Made by a program: the position numbers and the translations under genes
Notes under the pieces: generated by a model
Seen by the model: the letters and a program-made list of their open reading frames with translations, nothing else
Database searches by the model: none
What the model was told of the DNA's origin: nothing
From: Octopus bimaculoides
Lineage: Eukaryota
Length of the DNA: 62,355 nt
Assembly: GCF_001194135.2 (NCBI RefSeq)
Contig: NC_068984.1
Coordinates: 128,427,412 to 128,489,766, forward strand
Direction: 5' to 3'
In this document: piece by piece, positions 38,639 through 50,722 of the stretch
Position numbering within the stretch: the first letter of the stretch is position 1
Layout of the letters: every line of letters starts with the position of its first letter

Positions 38639-41600
38639 CTGAATAAAAAGAGAGCAAAAAAATAAAATTAAATAAAATTAAATAACATATAGGAACAGGA
38701 ATGGCTGTGGTAAGAAGCTTGCTTCCCAACTACATGGTTATGGGTTCAATCCCACAACATGGCACCTTGGGCAAATGTCATCAACTATAGCCTTAGGCTG
38801 ACCAAAGCCTTGTGAGTGGATTTGATAGATGAAAACTAAAAGAAGCCTGTAGCATTATATATAAGTGTGTGTGTATTGTGATTGAGGATGTCCCCAATCA
38901 CTGCCTGACAACTGGTGTTGTATTTACGTCTATGTACCTTAGCAGTTCAGCAAAAGAGACTGGTAGAATAAGTACCTGGCTTTAAAAAGATAAGTACTAG
39001 GGTTGATACTTTTGACTAAAAGTACCCAGTACACTCTGTGAAGTGGTTGGCATCAGAAAGGGCATCTAGCTGTGGAAACCATACTGAAACAGACATCAGA
39101 GCTTGGTGCAACCCTGTCTCATCAGTTTAAGTTGAAACGTCCAACCCATGCCAGCATGGGAAAAAGGACGTTAACTGATGATGATGGTGATCAAGATGAT
39201 AAACACCTAGATGGAAAACACATGTGGTTATAAACCGGAGAGAGAACATACATTAGGTTATATCTTATGGGAAGAGAACATAGAAGTTTGATAACCAAAA
39301 GGTTACGGTTTCAGTTCAGTTGAGCTTCATTCAGATTCAACTCAAGTAAACTATAACTAGAAGATATAATTGGTTGTGCTGCGCGCGCACACACACACAA
39401 AATAGACGGTTGTCTCCCCTTACCAGCGCGCGCGTAAGCACAAATACACACACACTAAATTAAGCTATCAGCACCAGTTGTCTCCCTCACACAGATTAAG
39501 ATATCACCATCAGTTGCCTAGCTTACATGTACCACATTGATATATAAACCACATAGTTGTCTCCTCAATAAGATGCCACTTCCAGTTGCCTACCGCACAT
39601 GGATAAAAACCACTGACAGCTTAACGTGAGGAACACAGAGAAAGAAATAGAGGAAACAAGGAATCAGCGACTGCAGGCAGTAGTCATAGCTTTTTGCAGG
39701 CTTTCCTAGACTAATGAGTTTGATGCCATTAACGGTACCCTTTACAAATTAATGCCTGCAGGAAAGATGTGAGCCAGAAGGGAATTCTAGAGGGATGAGT
39801 GACATTCTGGGAAGAAAGGACTGGATGTAGCAATTGGTGAGAAGCCAGCAAAGTTGGACAGAATGGAGGTGATGAGAGGAAGGGAGACAAATCGGACGGG
39901 AGTGCTTGAGTTGCAGTTATATGAACCCAGCTACCCACAAGGAGCAAAGGCCATTACAGTAGCTATAGAAAAAAAACAGAAAGAGTCGACAGCATGCCCA
40001 TTGGCCATAGACTGGAACAGTTTGTGGGTGGCCTTTTCTGAATGCTGTCTAAGATATTTGCAAGTGCAGCAGCAGCTATTGCTGCTGCCACCACCAATGT
40101 CATCATCACCATCATCATCATTTTATGTCTGCTTTCTTTGCTGTTATAGGTAGAACAAGTTTGACAGGATTCAATGTGTTGGAGGACCACACCTTCCTAC
40201 AATATCTCATTTTGGCCATAGTTCCGATGGCCGGGTGTCCTTCCTTTACAGTGGTTGGTGTTAGGAAGGGTAACACTTTGGGTGCATTTTTTATGGTACC
40301 AGCACTACAGTGGTTGCTTTGCCATCAGCAAGACTAAATAACCCTTTCAAGCCTTGTATTGTTAGTGTCTGATTTAATTACCAGACACTTAGAATGTACT
40401 GGGTGTTTTTTTTGTGACACTGGGACTGTTGGGAGTGAGGGTGGGAGTCTAGCTTGCAAAACAAGAGTGCTCCCCTTGATGGCAAGGAACAAATTTACTG
40501 CAAAAGGATAGCAATGGAGAGAATAATAAAGATAATAATGTTGAGATCAAAAATCAAAAATCAAAATCAAAAGCAAATCAAGATTGAAATCAAAATGGAA
40601 ATTGTAGTTGTGGCTGATGACAGTGCCATCTGACTAGCACCTGTGCTGGTGGCACATAATAAGCACCATTCAATCGTGGGTCGATGCCAGTGCTGCCTGA
40701 TAGGCTCCGTGCCCATGGGATGTAAAAAGCACCATCCGAACGTGGTCAATGCCAGCTCCCCATGGATTGGCTCCTGTGCCAGTGGCATGTAAAAAGCACC
40801 ATCTGAACGTGGTTGATGCCAGTGCCACCTGACTGGCTCCCGTGCCAGTGGCACGTAAAAAGTACCCACTACACTCTTGGAGTAGTTGGCATTAAGAAGG
40901 GCATCCAGCTGTAGAAACCTTGCCAGATCAGATTGGAGCCTGGTGCAGCCTACTGGCTTGCCAGTCCCCCAGTCAAACCATCCAACCCGTGCCAGCATGG
41001 AAAGCAGATGTTAAACAATAATGATAATGATGGGGGTAGAGGAGACAGAAGAAGATGGAGGGGAAGAGTAATGTCAGGGGTTAGTGTGAAAGAAAGAGGG
41101 GATAATGAGGTGGATTGTAAATAATAGGTTAAAATAATGAGGAGCTATAAACTGAAAGAAAATGGTTAATGAGAAAACTACTTACAGGTGAAACAGCAGA
41201 TCCATGGAAGTATAAATTCTTAGGCATTTCTCCAACATAAGTCCATCTATGAGATTTTAAAGAGAATCTCCAAACATCTTTGAAAATCATTTTGTTTTTC
41301 GTACCTCCACAAATATATACATCTGTAACAATATCAACAAGTGGATGATATTAACTTTATATTATGGAATGATATTACATATTTCATTCCTTTAGAAGTA
41401 CATACAACCAGAACAATAATTACATTATATAATCAATGTGATATTGTTATTTCAATCTTTGAGAAATATAATAGCACTTAGAATAGAATCATAGATAAGA
41501 AGTTTAATCCTTTTCTTACTAGAGTGCCGCCTGACAATCAATGCCAGTGCTGACTGACTGGTCCCGCTGGTGGCATGTAAAAAGCATCATTCAAGCATGG

Positions 41601-44600
41601 TCATTGCCAGTGCGGCCTGACTGGCTGCTGTGCCGGTGGCACGTAAAAAGCACCATCTGAGTGTAGTCGATGCCAGTACCACCTGACTGGCCCTTGTGCT
41701 GGTGGCATGTAAAAAGCACCCACTACACTCTTGGAGTGGTTGGCGTTAGAAAGGGCATCCAGCTGTAGAAGCCTTGCCAGATCAGATTGGAGCCTGGTGC
41801 AGCCTTCTGACTCACCATTCTTCAGTCAAACCGTCCAACCCATGCCAGCATGGAAAGCGGACGTTAAATGATGATGATGATTTCTGTTGAAATATGCTGT
41901 CTGTGTTTCAGTTAATTTAAAAAATAATGAAGAATTTAGTAAAACAACTGACATTATTAAGCTACTGTTTGGAAAGTAACAAGAAAGTTTGATGGAAGGT
42001 TTTAATTTTGATTAGTTTAACCTTCTAGCATTCAGATCACTCTGTCAAATGTAATGTTTATTTATTTACCTTATGTTAAATTAAACTTTGATATTTCAAT
42101 GATGTGACTTTATTTTTAGAATAACAGTGTAGGTCATGTGAGAGGCTGGATCTGGCCACAACAAAAAAACAGGTAGGACCAGATATGGCTGGTTTAAATG
42201 CTAAAGATTTAAAATGGGAAGTTTCTATCTTGAGTATGCAGGTATTTTCAGAATGGAGTGATGACTGTGCCTTGCTTAGTTAAGGGTTGCCCTTTGGCAA
42301 AGTATAGCACCCATTCAGCCACCCTGTCAAGGATACAGTGCAGTCATGGGAATGCAGTATGGCAGATTGTGAAGAGGTAGTGAAAGAGCTCAACTGAGCC
42401 AATGGGGCTCAGTTGATACTGAGCGGAGGAATTTTAGAAGATCAATGGTCAGGATTACTCAGCTCTATCAAGAGAGTAAATGCAACGCATCCATAGGGGT
42501 AACTTCCATGGTTGTGTAATCAGGTAATGAAAGATTTACTATGACTCAAGCTCCCAGTTCAGATTCATAATAATGGAATTGGATGGCAACAGAAAGTCAT
42601 GGGAATCCGTGAAAGCAGTGTAACCAAAGCAAGAGTATCATAGAACTAGGTGCAGTCTCAGGTAGGCTGATTTGAAAAGGGTTAAAGCAATGTGTGTATA
42701 TGGTAGCATACATTGACCATGGGATAATGAACTTAGATCAATAATAACTGACTAACTAATCAAGTGAAGAGAAATAAATTAAAAAGTAGCTTACAATGTT
42801 TATAATGAACACAGCCATGGCATTTCCTATCTGATGGTAAATCTGAAATAGAAAATAATATTAGGACAAAGATTTCAAAAGTTACCATTTTGTGGGAAAG
42901 GATTTGATCGTAGCAGTGTCAATCTTTAATTTCCAATTAGACTGATATGAGTTAACGAGGAATATCAATTAATGGTGAAGCAAAAATCTATACTGACCAT
43001 TCTTAATGTCTCTAGAGCTTGTGATGTAAGACCAACAGAATGTGTCAAAGTCTAAAACTGGAATCTGAAACAGACAAAAGACAAAAGGATTAATTAGGGT
43101 GCAATGATTCCCCCTTCCCCTACAGACTAACTAATTAATGAAAGATTAAAACAGAATGAATCAATCATCAAGAAGCTAACAGGCGGCGAGCTGGCAGAAA
43201 CGTTAGCACACCGGGCGAAATGCTTAGTGGTATTTCGTCTGCCGCTACGTTCTGAGTTCAAATTCCGCCGAGGTCAACTTTGCCTTTCATCCTTTCGGGG
43301 TCGATAAATTAAGTACCAGTTATGCACTGGGGTCGATGTAATCGACTTAATCCCTTTGTCTGTCCTTGTTTGTCCCCTCTATGTTTAGCCCCTTGTGGGC
43401 AATAAAGAAATAAGAAACTGCAGAAATCTATCAAGTGTGTGTATGTGACCATCCCCCACTGCTTGACAACTAGGGCTGGTTTGTTTACATCTCTGTAGTT
43501 TAGTGGTTCAGCAAAAGAGACTGACAGAACAAGTACCAGACCAGACCAGACCAGACCAGACTTAAAAAAACCCCAAAAAACCTAAGAACTGGGGTTGATT
43601 TGTTTGATTTTAAAAACCCCTCAAGGCAGTGCCTCAGCATGTTCAATGAATGAAAAAAAAAAAAAAAAAGCTGAAATGAACAGGGGAGAAAAATTTATTA
43701 ATTTTAACTATTACCTTAATCAGATCAAAAACAGAAGAATTGGTACCTCCTCCAAAAATATATAATTTTTTGCCCTCAACTACAGTTTCATGCCGGTATC
43801 TACAATGTAAACATGAAAAGATTTTAAAAAAAATATGCACATAAAATTTCATGTTAAAATATTTATGGCATATTTAATTGATTTCAGCTTCTTTATTTCT
43901 TCACCAGACAAATGAATTTCATCAAATATAATAATAAAAATAAGTAAGATTCAGTCATTAATATTCAGTAGTAAAACAGTTACAATCAGCGTTATTCTCA
44001 GTAAAAAACAGAAGCAATTTAGAAGCAGGCATGGCTGTCTGGTTAAGAAACTTACTTCCCAAACATGTGGTCTCAGGTTCAGTCCTATTGCACAGTACAT
44101 TGGGTAAGTGTCTGTTACTATAGATCTGGGTCAACCAAAGCATTGTGAGTGGATTTAGCAGACGGAAACTAAGAGAAGCCTATCACATATCATCATTTAA
44201 CATCCGTTTCCCATGCTGGCATGGGTTGGACGGTTTGATTGAAAACTGGTAAGTTGGTTTCTACAGCTGGATGCTCTTCCAAATGCCAACCACTCCAAGA
44301 GTGTAGTAGCTGCTTTTTATGTGCCACCAGCATGGGTGCCAGTTATGAAACACCGGCATTGGTCACGACTGCAATCTCACTTCGCTTGACAGGTCTTCTC
44401 AAGCAGAGTATATTGCCAAAGGTCATGGTCACTTGTCACTACCTCTGTGAGGTCCAAAGTTCAAAGGGGTGCTTTTTATGTGCCAGTTACAGGACACTGG
44501 CATTGGCCACAATTACGATTTCACTTGGCCTGACAGGTCTTCTCAAGCATGGCATATTGCCAAATATCTTATTTGCTTGTCATTGCCTCTGTGAGGTCCA

Positions 44601-47600
44601 GTGTTTGAAGGTCATGCTTTACCACTTCGTCCCATGTCTTCCTGGGTCTACCTCTTCCACAGGTTCCCTCCACCGTTAGAGATTGGCACTTCTTTACACA
44701 GCTGTCCTCGTCCATATGCATCACATGACCAACTTTTATCTCAATGCTTACATTATTGTGCATGCACACTGACATTGCACATCCAACGAAGCATGCTGGC
44801 TTCATTTCTTTCAAGCCTTCGCATGTCCTTGGCGGTTACAGCCCATGTTTCACTGCCATGGAGCATGGCTGTTCGTACACAGGCATCGTACAATCTTCCT
44901 TTCACTCTGTGGGAAAGGTCCTTTGTTACCAACGAGGGTAGGAGCTCTCTGAACTTTGCCCAACCTATTCATATTCTAGCAGCTATACTCTCAGAGCATC
45001 TACCTCCGCTTCTGACTTGGTTACTTAGGTAACGGAAGCTATCAACTACTTCTAGTTTTCCCACCAGGCATTTGATGGAGTCTATTTTCTGTACATTTTT
45101 GGTATTAATTGTACCTGTGCACCTTCCACACACAAAAGCTATTTCCCCTGTTAACCTTCTTCTATTATTGCTGCACCTCTTATGTGTCCATAGCTTACAT
45201 CAGGTACATCTTAAGGAGTTACTACCTATGCTTTTTCTACAGATCGAGCAGGGACATCGACTTGAAGAGATTTGTGATTTGTCTGCTTTCCTACTTACTA
45301 AGACTTTGGGTTTTGCTAGATTTTGTCTGCTCTCCTACTTACTAAGACTTTGGTTTTTGCTGTGGACCCCTGACTAAACAAGCATCACTAATGTTGCTGT
45401 GCAAAGAATAAAGGACTGATCATAGTAACTAAGTGCAGTGTTGTGTGAGTGAAATATTGCAGAGGTGATGAAATCCTATTGCAATTTAATGCAAAGTGAT
45501 AGAACTTTAAACATCATTACTCTAACACAATCTTTTCCACTTACAACTGGAAAAAATGAATGGAAAGAGAATTGGCACAATTGCTAGGGCATCAGTCAAA
45601 ATACCTTGATGTAGTTGTTTTGATTCTTTACATTCTGAGTTCAAATTTTCATAAGGTCAATTTTGCTTTCCTTCATTCTGGGGTCTATAAAATGAAGTAC
45701 CAGTCAAGTACTGGGGTCAATATTACTGATCAGCCCTCACTTCTCAAAACTGCTGATTGTGTGTCTAAATTAGAAACAATTATTATTATTGTGGTTGACT
45801 GGTAATGCACAAATATGAGCTAAAAGTGCTGCATCTACAAAGATTGCTGGACAGTGAGGCATGGTTGCCATTCGTAAGTCACATTTTTCTACTGCTTATC
45901 TTTTGATAGAGCTGCAGTCCTGGGTCATGTGAAAACCAAGCTTGAGTATCTGGCACTAGAATGTAGTTTAGGCACTCACATTTCTCCACCATTTTGGAAA
46001 TCCAGCTGGTGGTATGTTAACCCTTGAATTGTATAAAGAATCAGTGATGGACAAAATCAACGTTCTTAGGAAAACACTGGACATGCTAAAATCAACTGAA
46101 CAATCTAATCTGAAGAACTTTCAACTTGAAGACTATAAAGAACTTCTAGAAATCACTAATTTGGCTGTTGAATAGGGGTGACATTACCTGTTCAGGATTA
46201 ACTCTACAGGTGCAATAGTGTTATCAGCCACACCTGTTTGAGATGCGTATGATGCAAGAAAACAGTTGCATGCACTTTATAAGTGTCCAAATAAGGCAGA
46301 TTTATGGAGTTATGTTGAGTAGGTGTCGTTATGTGTAGGACATACCTGGCTAGCAGCTGAGTCAAAAATGAAGATCACCTTTCCACTTTCCTTTGATCAG
46401 GAAGAGCAGATAGTTTCCTATGATTTGTGACTGTGGCAAAAAACATTGTAAGCAGAGCAAAACTGAAAGGACTGAAGCCTGACATGTTCCTCTTTGACTG
46501 AACTGTCACGAACGTTTTCAAGAACCATGTGGAGAAACGTTATGGTGAAGAGAGAGGTACTGCCCTACTGTAAATTTGTTGAAAAGTGGATGACAGTAAC
46601 AAGTATGGCTCAGGTGAATAAGCTTACTCTCAGCATGTGGCTATAAGCTAGAAAATACAGCTAAGAGAAAGAGCAGTTTATGTTCGGAGTCAGAGTAATC
46701 CTAGGTCTGTGGGTCTCTTTGATTGGCCTTAGGTAGCTGTCCTTTCTATGTAAACCTATTATTTCAGTAATTCTTTCCCATTGCAATGACCCTCATCCAT
46801 TGTCCTTGTTGCATATAGCTAATAAAGAAGTTGTTATTAATTATTATTTCTATAATTATTATTGTTGTTATCATTATCATTTATTGCAAGCTGGCAGAAT
46901 TGTTACAATGCCAGGCAAAATGCTTAGCGGCATTTTGTCTGTCTTTATCCTTTTAGGGTTGATAAAATAAGTACCAGTTGAGTAATGGAGTTTGTATAAT
47001 CAACTTACACCCACATCCCCTGGAATTTCTGGTCTTGTGCCAAAATTTGAAACCATTGCTATTATTATTATTATTATTATTATTGCTGTTACTGTCATTG
47101 AAAATGATATTTAAGGAGAACTGATGATCAACAACTGAAATTAGTATAATTCGAGAAATGAGTAATTGTAAAGTTAAGCCAACAACATGTTGATAGCCTG
47201 GTTAAATCACACACACACACACACACACAAAAGCCATCTAATGAATTTAGCAGTAAAGTAATTGTTCAGTAAAACCAACATAAATACAAAACTGTACAGA
47301 AGATCAATATCTAACCTTGGTTCTGGCGGGTTTTTACATTCAATATATTCCCAAGATTTTGTGCTAAGTTCAAGACGGTAAAGATCCAACATGTAAATTG
47401 TACCTTCTGTACCGCCACAGATGTATATGTAATTGTCAATTGGATGCATAGTCTGAAAAATAAGACAAACAATTATACACGGTGTCCACAAGGTCTGGGT
47501 ACATGGAGTAAATAAAATCATAACATAAACAATTAAATATAAGAAATAATAATTTCTTAATGTATTAATCCCCATGCACCCAGACTTTGTGGACACCCTG

Positions 47601-50202
47601 TATAACACAGATTTGTATAACATGATTGTATAACACAATTACACAATAGAAATACAAAATGCAAGATGAATTTGTCAAGTAGATCATGCTGCCAACTCTT
47701 TCCTCCTATCAGATATACAGAAGACAATAACAATATCCCAAACTCAAAATTTCAGAACCTTACAATATCTTTCACTTGTTTTAGTTATTGGACTGTGACC
47801 ATGTTGGTAAAACAGGTGATGGTTGACAACAAGAACATTCGGCTGTAAAATCCTGCTCTGCAAGTAACTCTCCAACCAAACCCATTCAAGCATGGAAAAA
47901 TCAGACATTAAACAAATGACCAAACAATGAAATTATACATAAGACTTACATGTCCATATCTCTTTGAAGGGAAATTTGCTGCATCACCATTTAATGGTTG
48001 GCAGGGAATAAGTTGCCATTCTTGCTTGAGAAGATCGAGTTGATAAATGTCATTGCTACTGTTCATGCCAAATGGCAGGCCTGATCCACCAAACACAATT
48101 ATGCAGTTTCCAAGAAGACACACTTAAACGAGAGCAGATTATCATTGGTTAGGGGTGCATTTAGTAAAAGGGTTCATTTAATATAAGAAGATTAACTCAT
48201 ACAATTCATGGATACATACATTTCTACATACACATATGAGTTCAAAAAAGAAAAACAACAACGTGAGGACGTGATACAGATATTGTGTTACTGGACGCTC
48301 AGGAAAGTAAAGAAAGAGAATCTGACGTTTCGAGCGGAGCTCTTCGTCAGAAATATAGGAAAGTCCAAAGAAGGGAAGACGGAGGAAGAAAAAATCACCA
48401 TACATACACACACACAAGTATTTAGTGGTCTTACATAATAGATGCATTTTCAATTATATATTACACAGACCAGAAACTTACATATAAAATGATTTCAAAA
48501 TATCACTTTTTGTGCCAGTGCTGTGTAAACGCATTTGTGCCGGTGGCATGTTAAAAGCACCCGGTACACTCTGTTAAGTGGTTGGCATTAGGAAGGGCAT
48601 CCAGTCATAAAAACCATGTCAGAGCAGATTCTGGAGTTTAGTGCAGTCCTCTAGCTTGCAACCTCCAATCAAAACGTCCCACTAATCATGCTAGCATGGA
48701 AAACAGATGTTAAATGGTGATGATAATTATATATAATATATATAGTCACTATGTGTTGGTACTCCATCGCTTACGACGTCGAGGGTTCCAGTTGATCCGA
48801 CCAACAGAACAGCCTGCTCGTGGAATTAACGTGCAAGTGGCTGAGCATTCCACAGACACATGTACCCTTAACGTAATTCTCGGGGATATTCAGCGTGACA
48901 AGGCTGACCCTTTGAATTACAGGCACAACAGAAACAGGAAGTAAGAGTGAGAGTAAGTTGTGGCGAAAGAGTACAGCAAGGTTCGCCACCATCCCCTGCC
49001 GGAGCCTCGTGGAGCTTTAAGTGTTTTCGCTCAATAAACACTCACAAGCTCAAAGACAAAGCAGTGAAGTTCTTAGGTGATTTTAACTTAGAAACAAATA
49101 TAAAATAAAGGCAGATGATTCCCAAAATGCTATTGTTTGACTTACTTGAATGAGAAGCAACCTGCGTTGGTGCTGGACCTGTTGTTTTTAACTTTGTCCA
49201 TACATTTGTTGATATGTTGAAAGACCAAACCTGTGAAAATAGAAAAAAATATTTCAGATGTAGGAAGAAATTATACAAAGTTTTGAAACAGAGAAAAAAA
49301 AAAAAACCTTGACTAAAGAGAAGATTTCATAATCTACACCATTAATTACAAAATAAGAATAAAAAGCATAATTTAGATAGAAAAGAAAACTGTATTCTAT
49401 CTTTTACAAATGATCTGTAGCAAAGGTGGCCATAATGCAGCTCTCAAAGCTATTCATCACCATCATTATCATCAATTAGTATCCACTTAACTATGCTTGC
49501 ATGAGTCAAATGGAATCTGTTGAAGCAGATTTTTTAAGGTTAGATGTCCCTCCCCTCTTTAACCCTCTCCTATTTCTAAGCAAGGTAATATCTTCCCATA
49601 GCTGTTGGAGGGTTAGCAACATGAAGAGCATCTGGCTGCAGAAAATCTACCTCAACAAATTCTGTCAGCAGGACAGTGGACTGAAGCCAGATGCTCTTCA
49701 TGTTGCCAACCCTAATCTGTTTCCAACAGATAAGGGTTAGCAACACGAAGGGCATCTGTCTGTAGAAAATCTGCCGCAACAAATTCTGTCACCAGGACAG
49801 TGGACATTAAAATGATGATAATAATATATGTTTATGTGAACTGAGAGTAAGACATGTTCCACAGTACCCAGAATATGGAGAACAAAAAGAGGCATCTAAC
49901 TAGATTTTATAATGTAATTTTCTTTTTATCTGTTTCTGCTGTTAGTAATTTAACATATTATATCAAAAATAATTTCCTTCCATTCATATGTAATTTGGTC
50001 AATTGAAATTTTCCTTGGTAATATTTCCCTGTGGCTCAACATGTTTCTATGGAAGATAAAAAAATGAAGGACACCACATGTATGATGGTGATGCTCATTT
50101 TACAACTATAGCATGTTATCAAGACAAGGTAACACACACATTATATATATATATATAAATATGCATGGTTTTTTATATGCTAGCCACTGATATAATCATT
50201 CA

Positions 50203-50244
<42 letters not shown>

Positions 50245-50677
50245 NNNNNNNNNNNNNNNNNNNNNNNNNNNNNNNNNNNNNNNNNNNNNNNNNNNNNNNN
50301 NNNNNNNNNNNNNNNNNNNNNNNNNNNNNNNNNNNNNNNNNNNNNNNNNNNNNNNNNNNNNNNNNNNNNNNNNNNNNNNNNNNNNNNNNNNNNNNNNNNN
50401 NNNNNNNNNNNNNNNNNNNNNNNNNNNNNNNNNNNNNNNNNNNNNNNNNNNNNNNNNNNNNNNNNNNNNNNNNNNNNNNNNNNNNNNNNNNNNNNNNNNN
50501 NNNNNNNNNNNNNNNNNNNNNNNNNNNNNNNNNNNNNNNNNNNNNNNNNNNNNNNNNNNNNNNNNNNNNNNNNNNNNNNNNNNNNNNNNNNNNNNNNNNN
50601 NNNNNNNNNNNNNNNNNNNNNNNNNNNNNNNNNNNNNNNNNNNNNNNNNNNNNNNNNNNNNNNNNNNNNNNNNNNNN

Positions 50678-50722
<45 letters not shown>

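Noticed and set aside
46015-46180. Short + frame MLTLELYKES...FQLEDYKELLEIT, reminiscent of hAT-like transposase fragments
   Set aside because: Only 53 aa, similarity too weak to call without a search.
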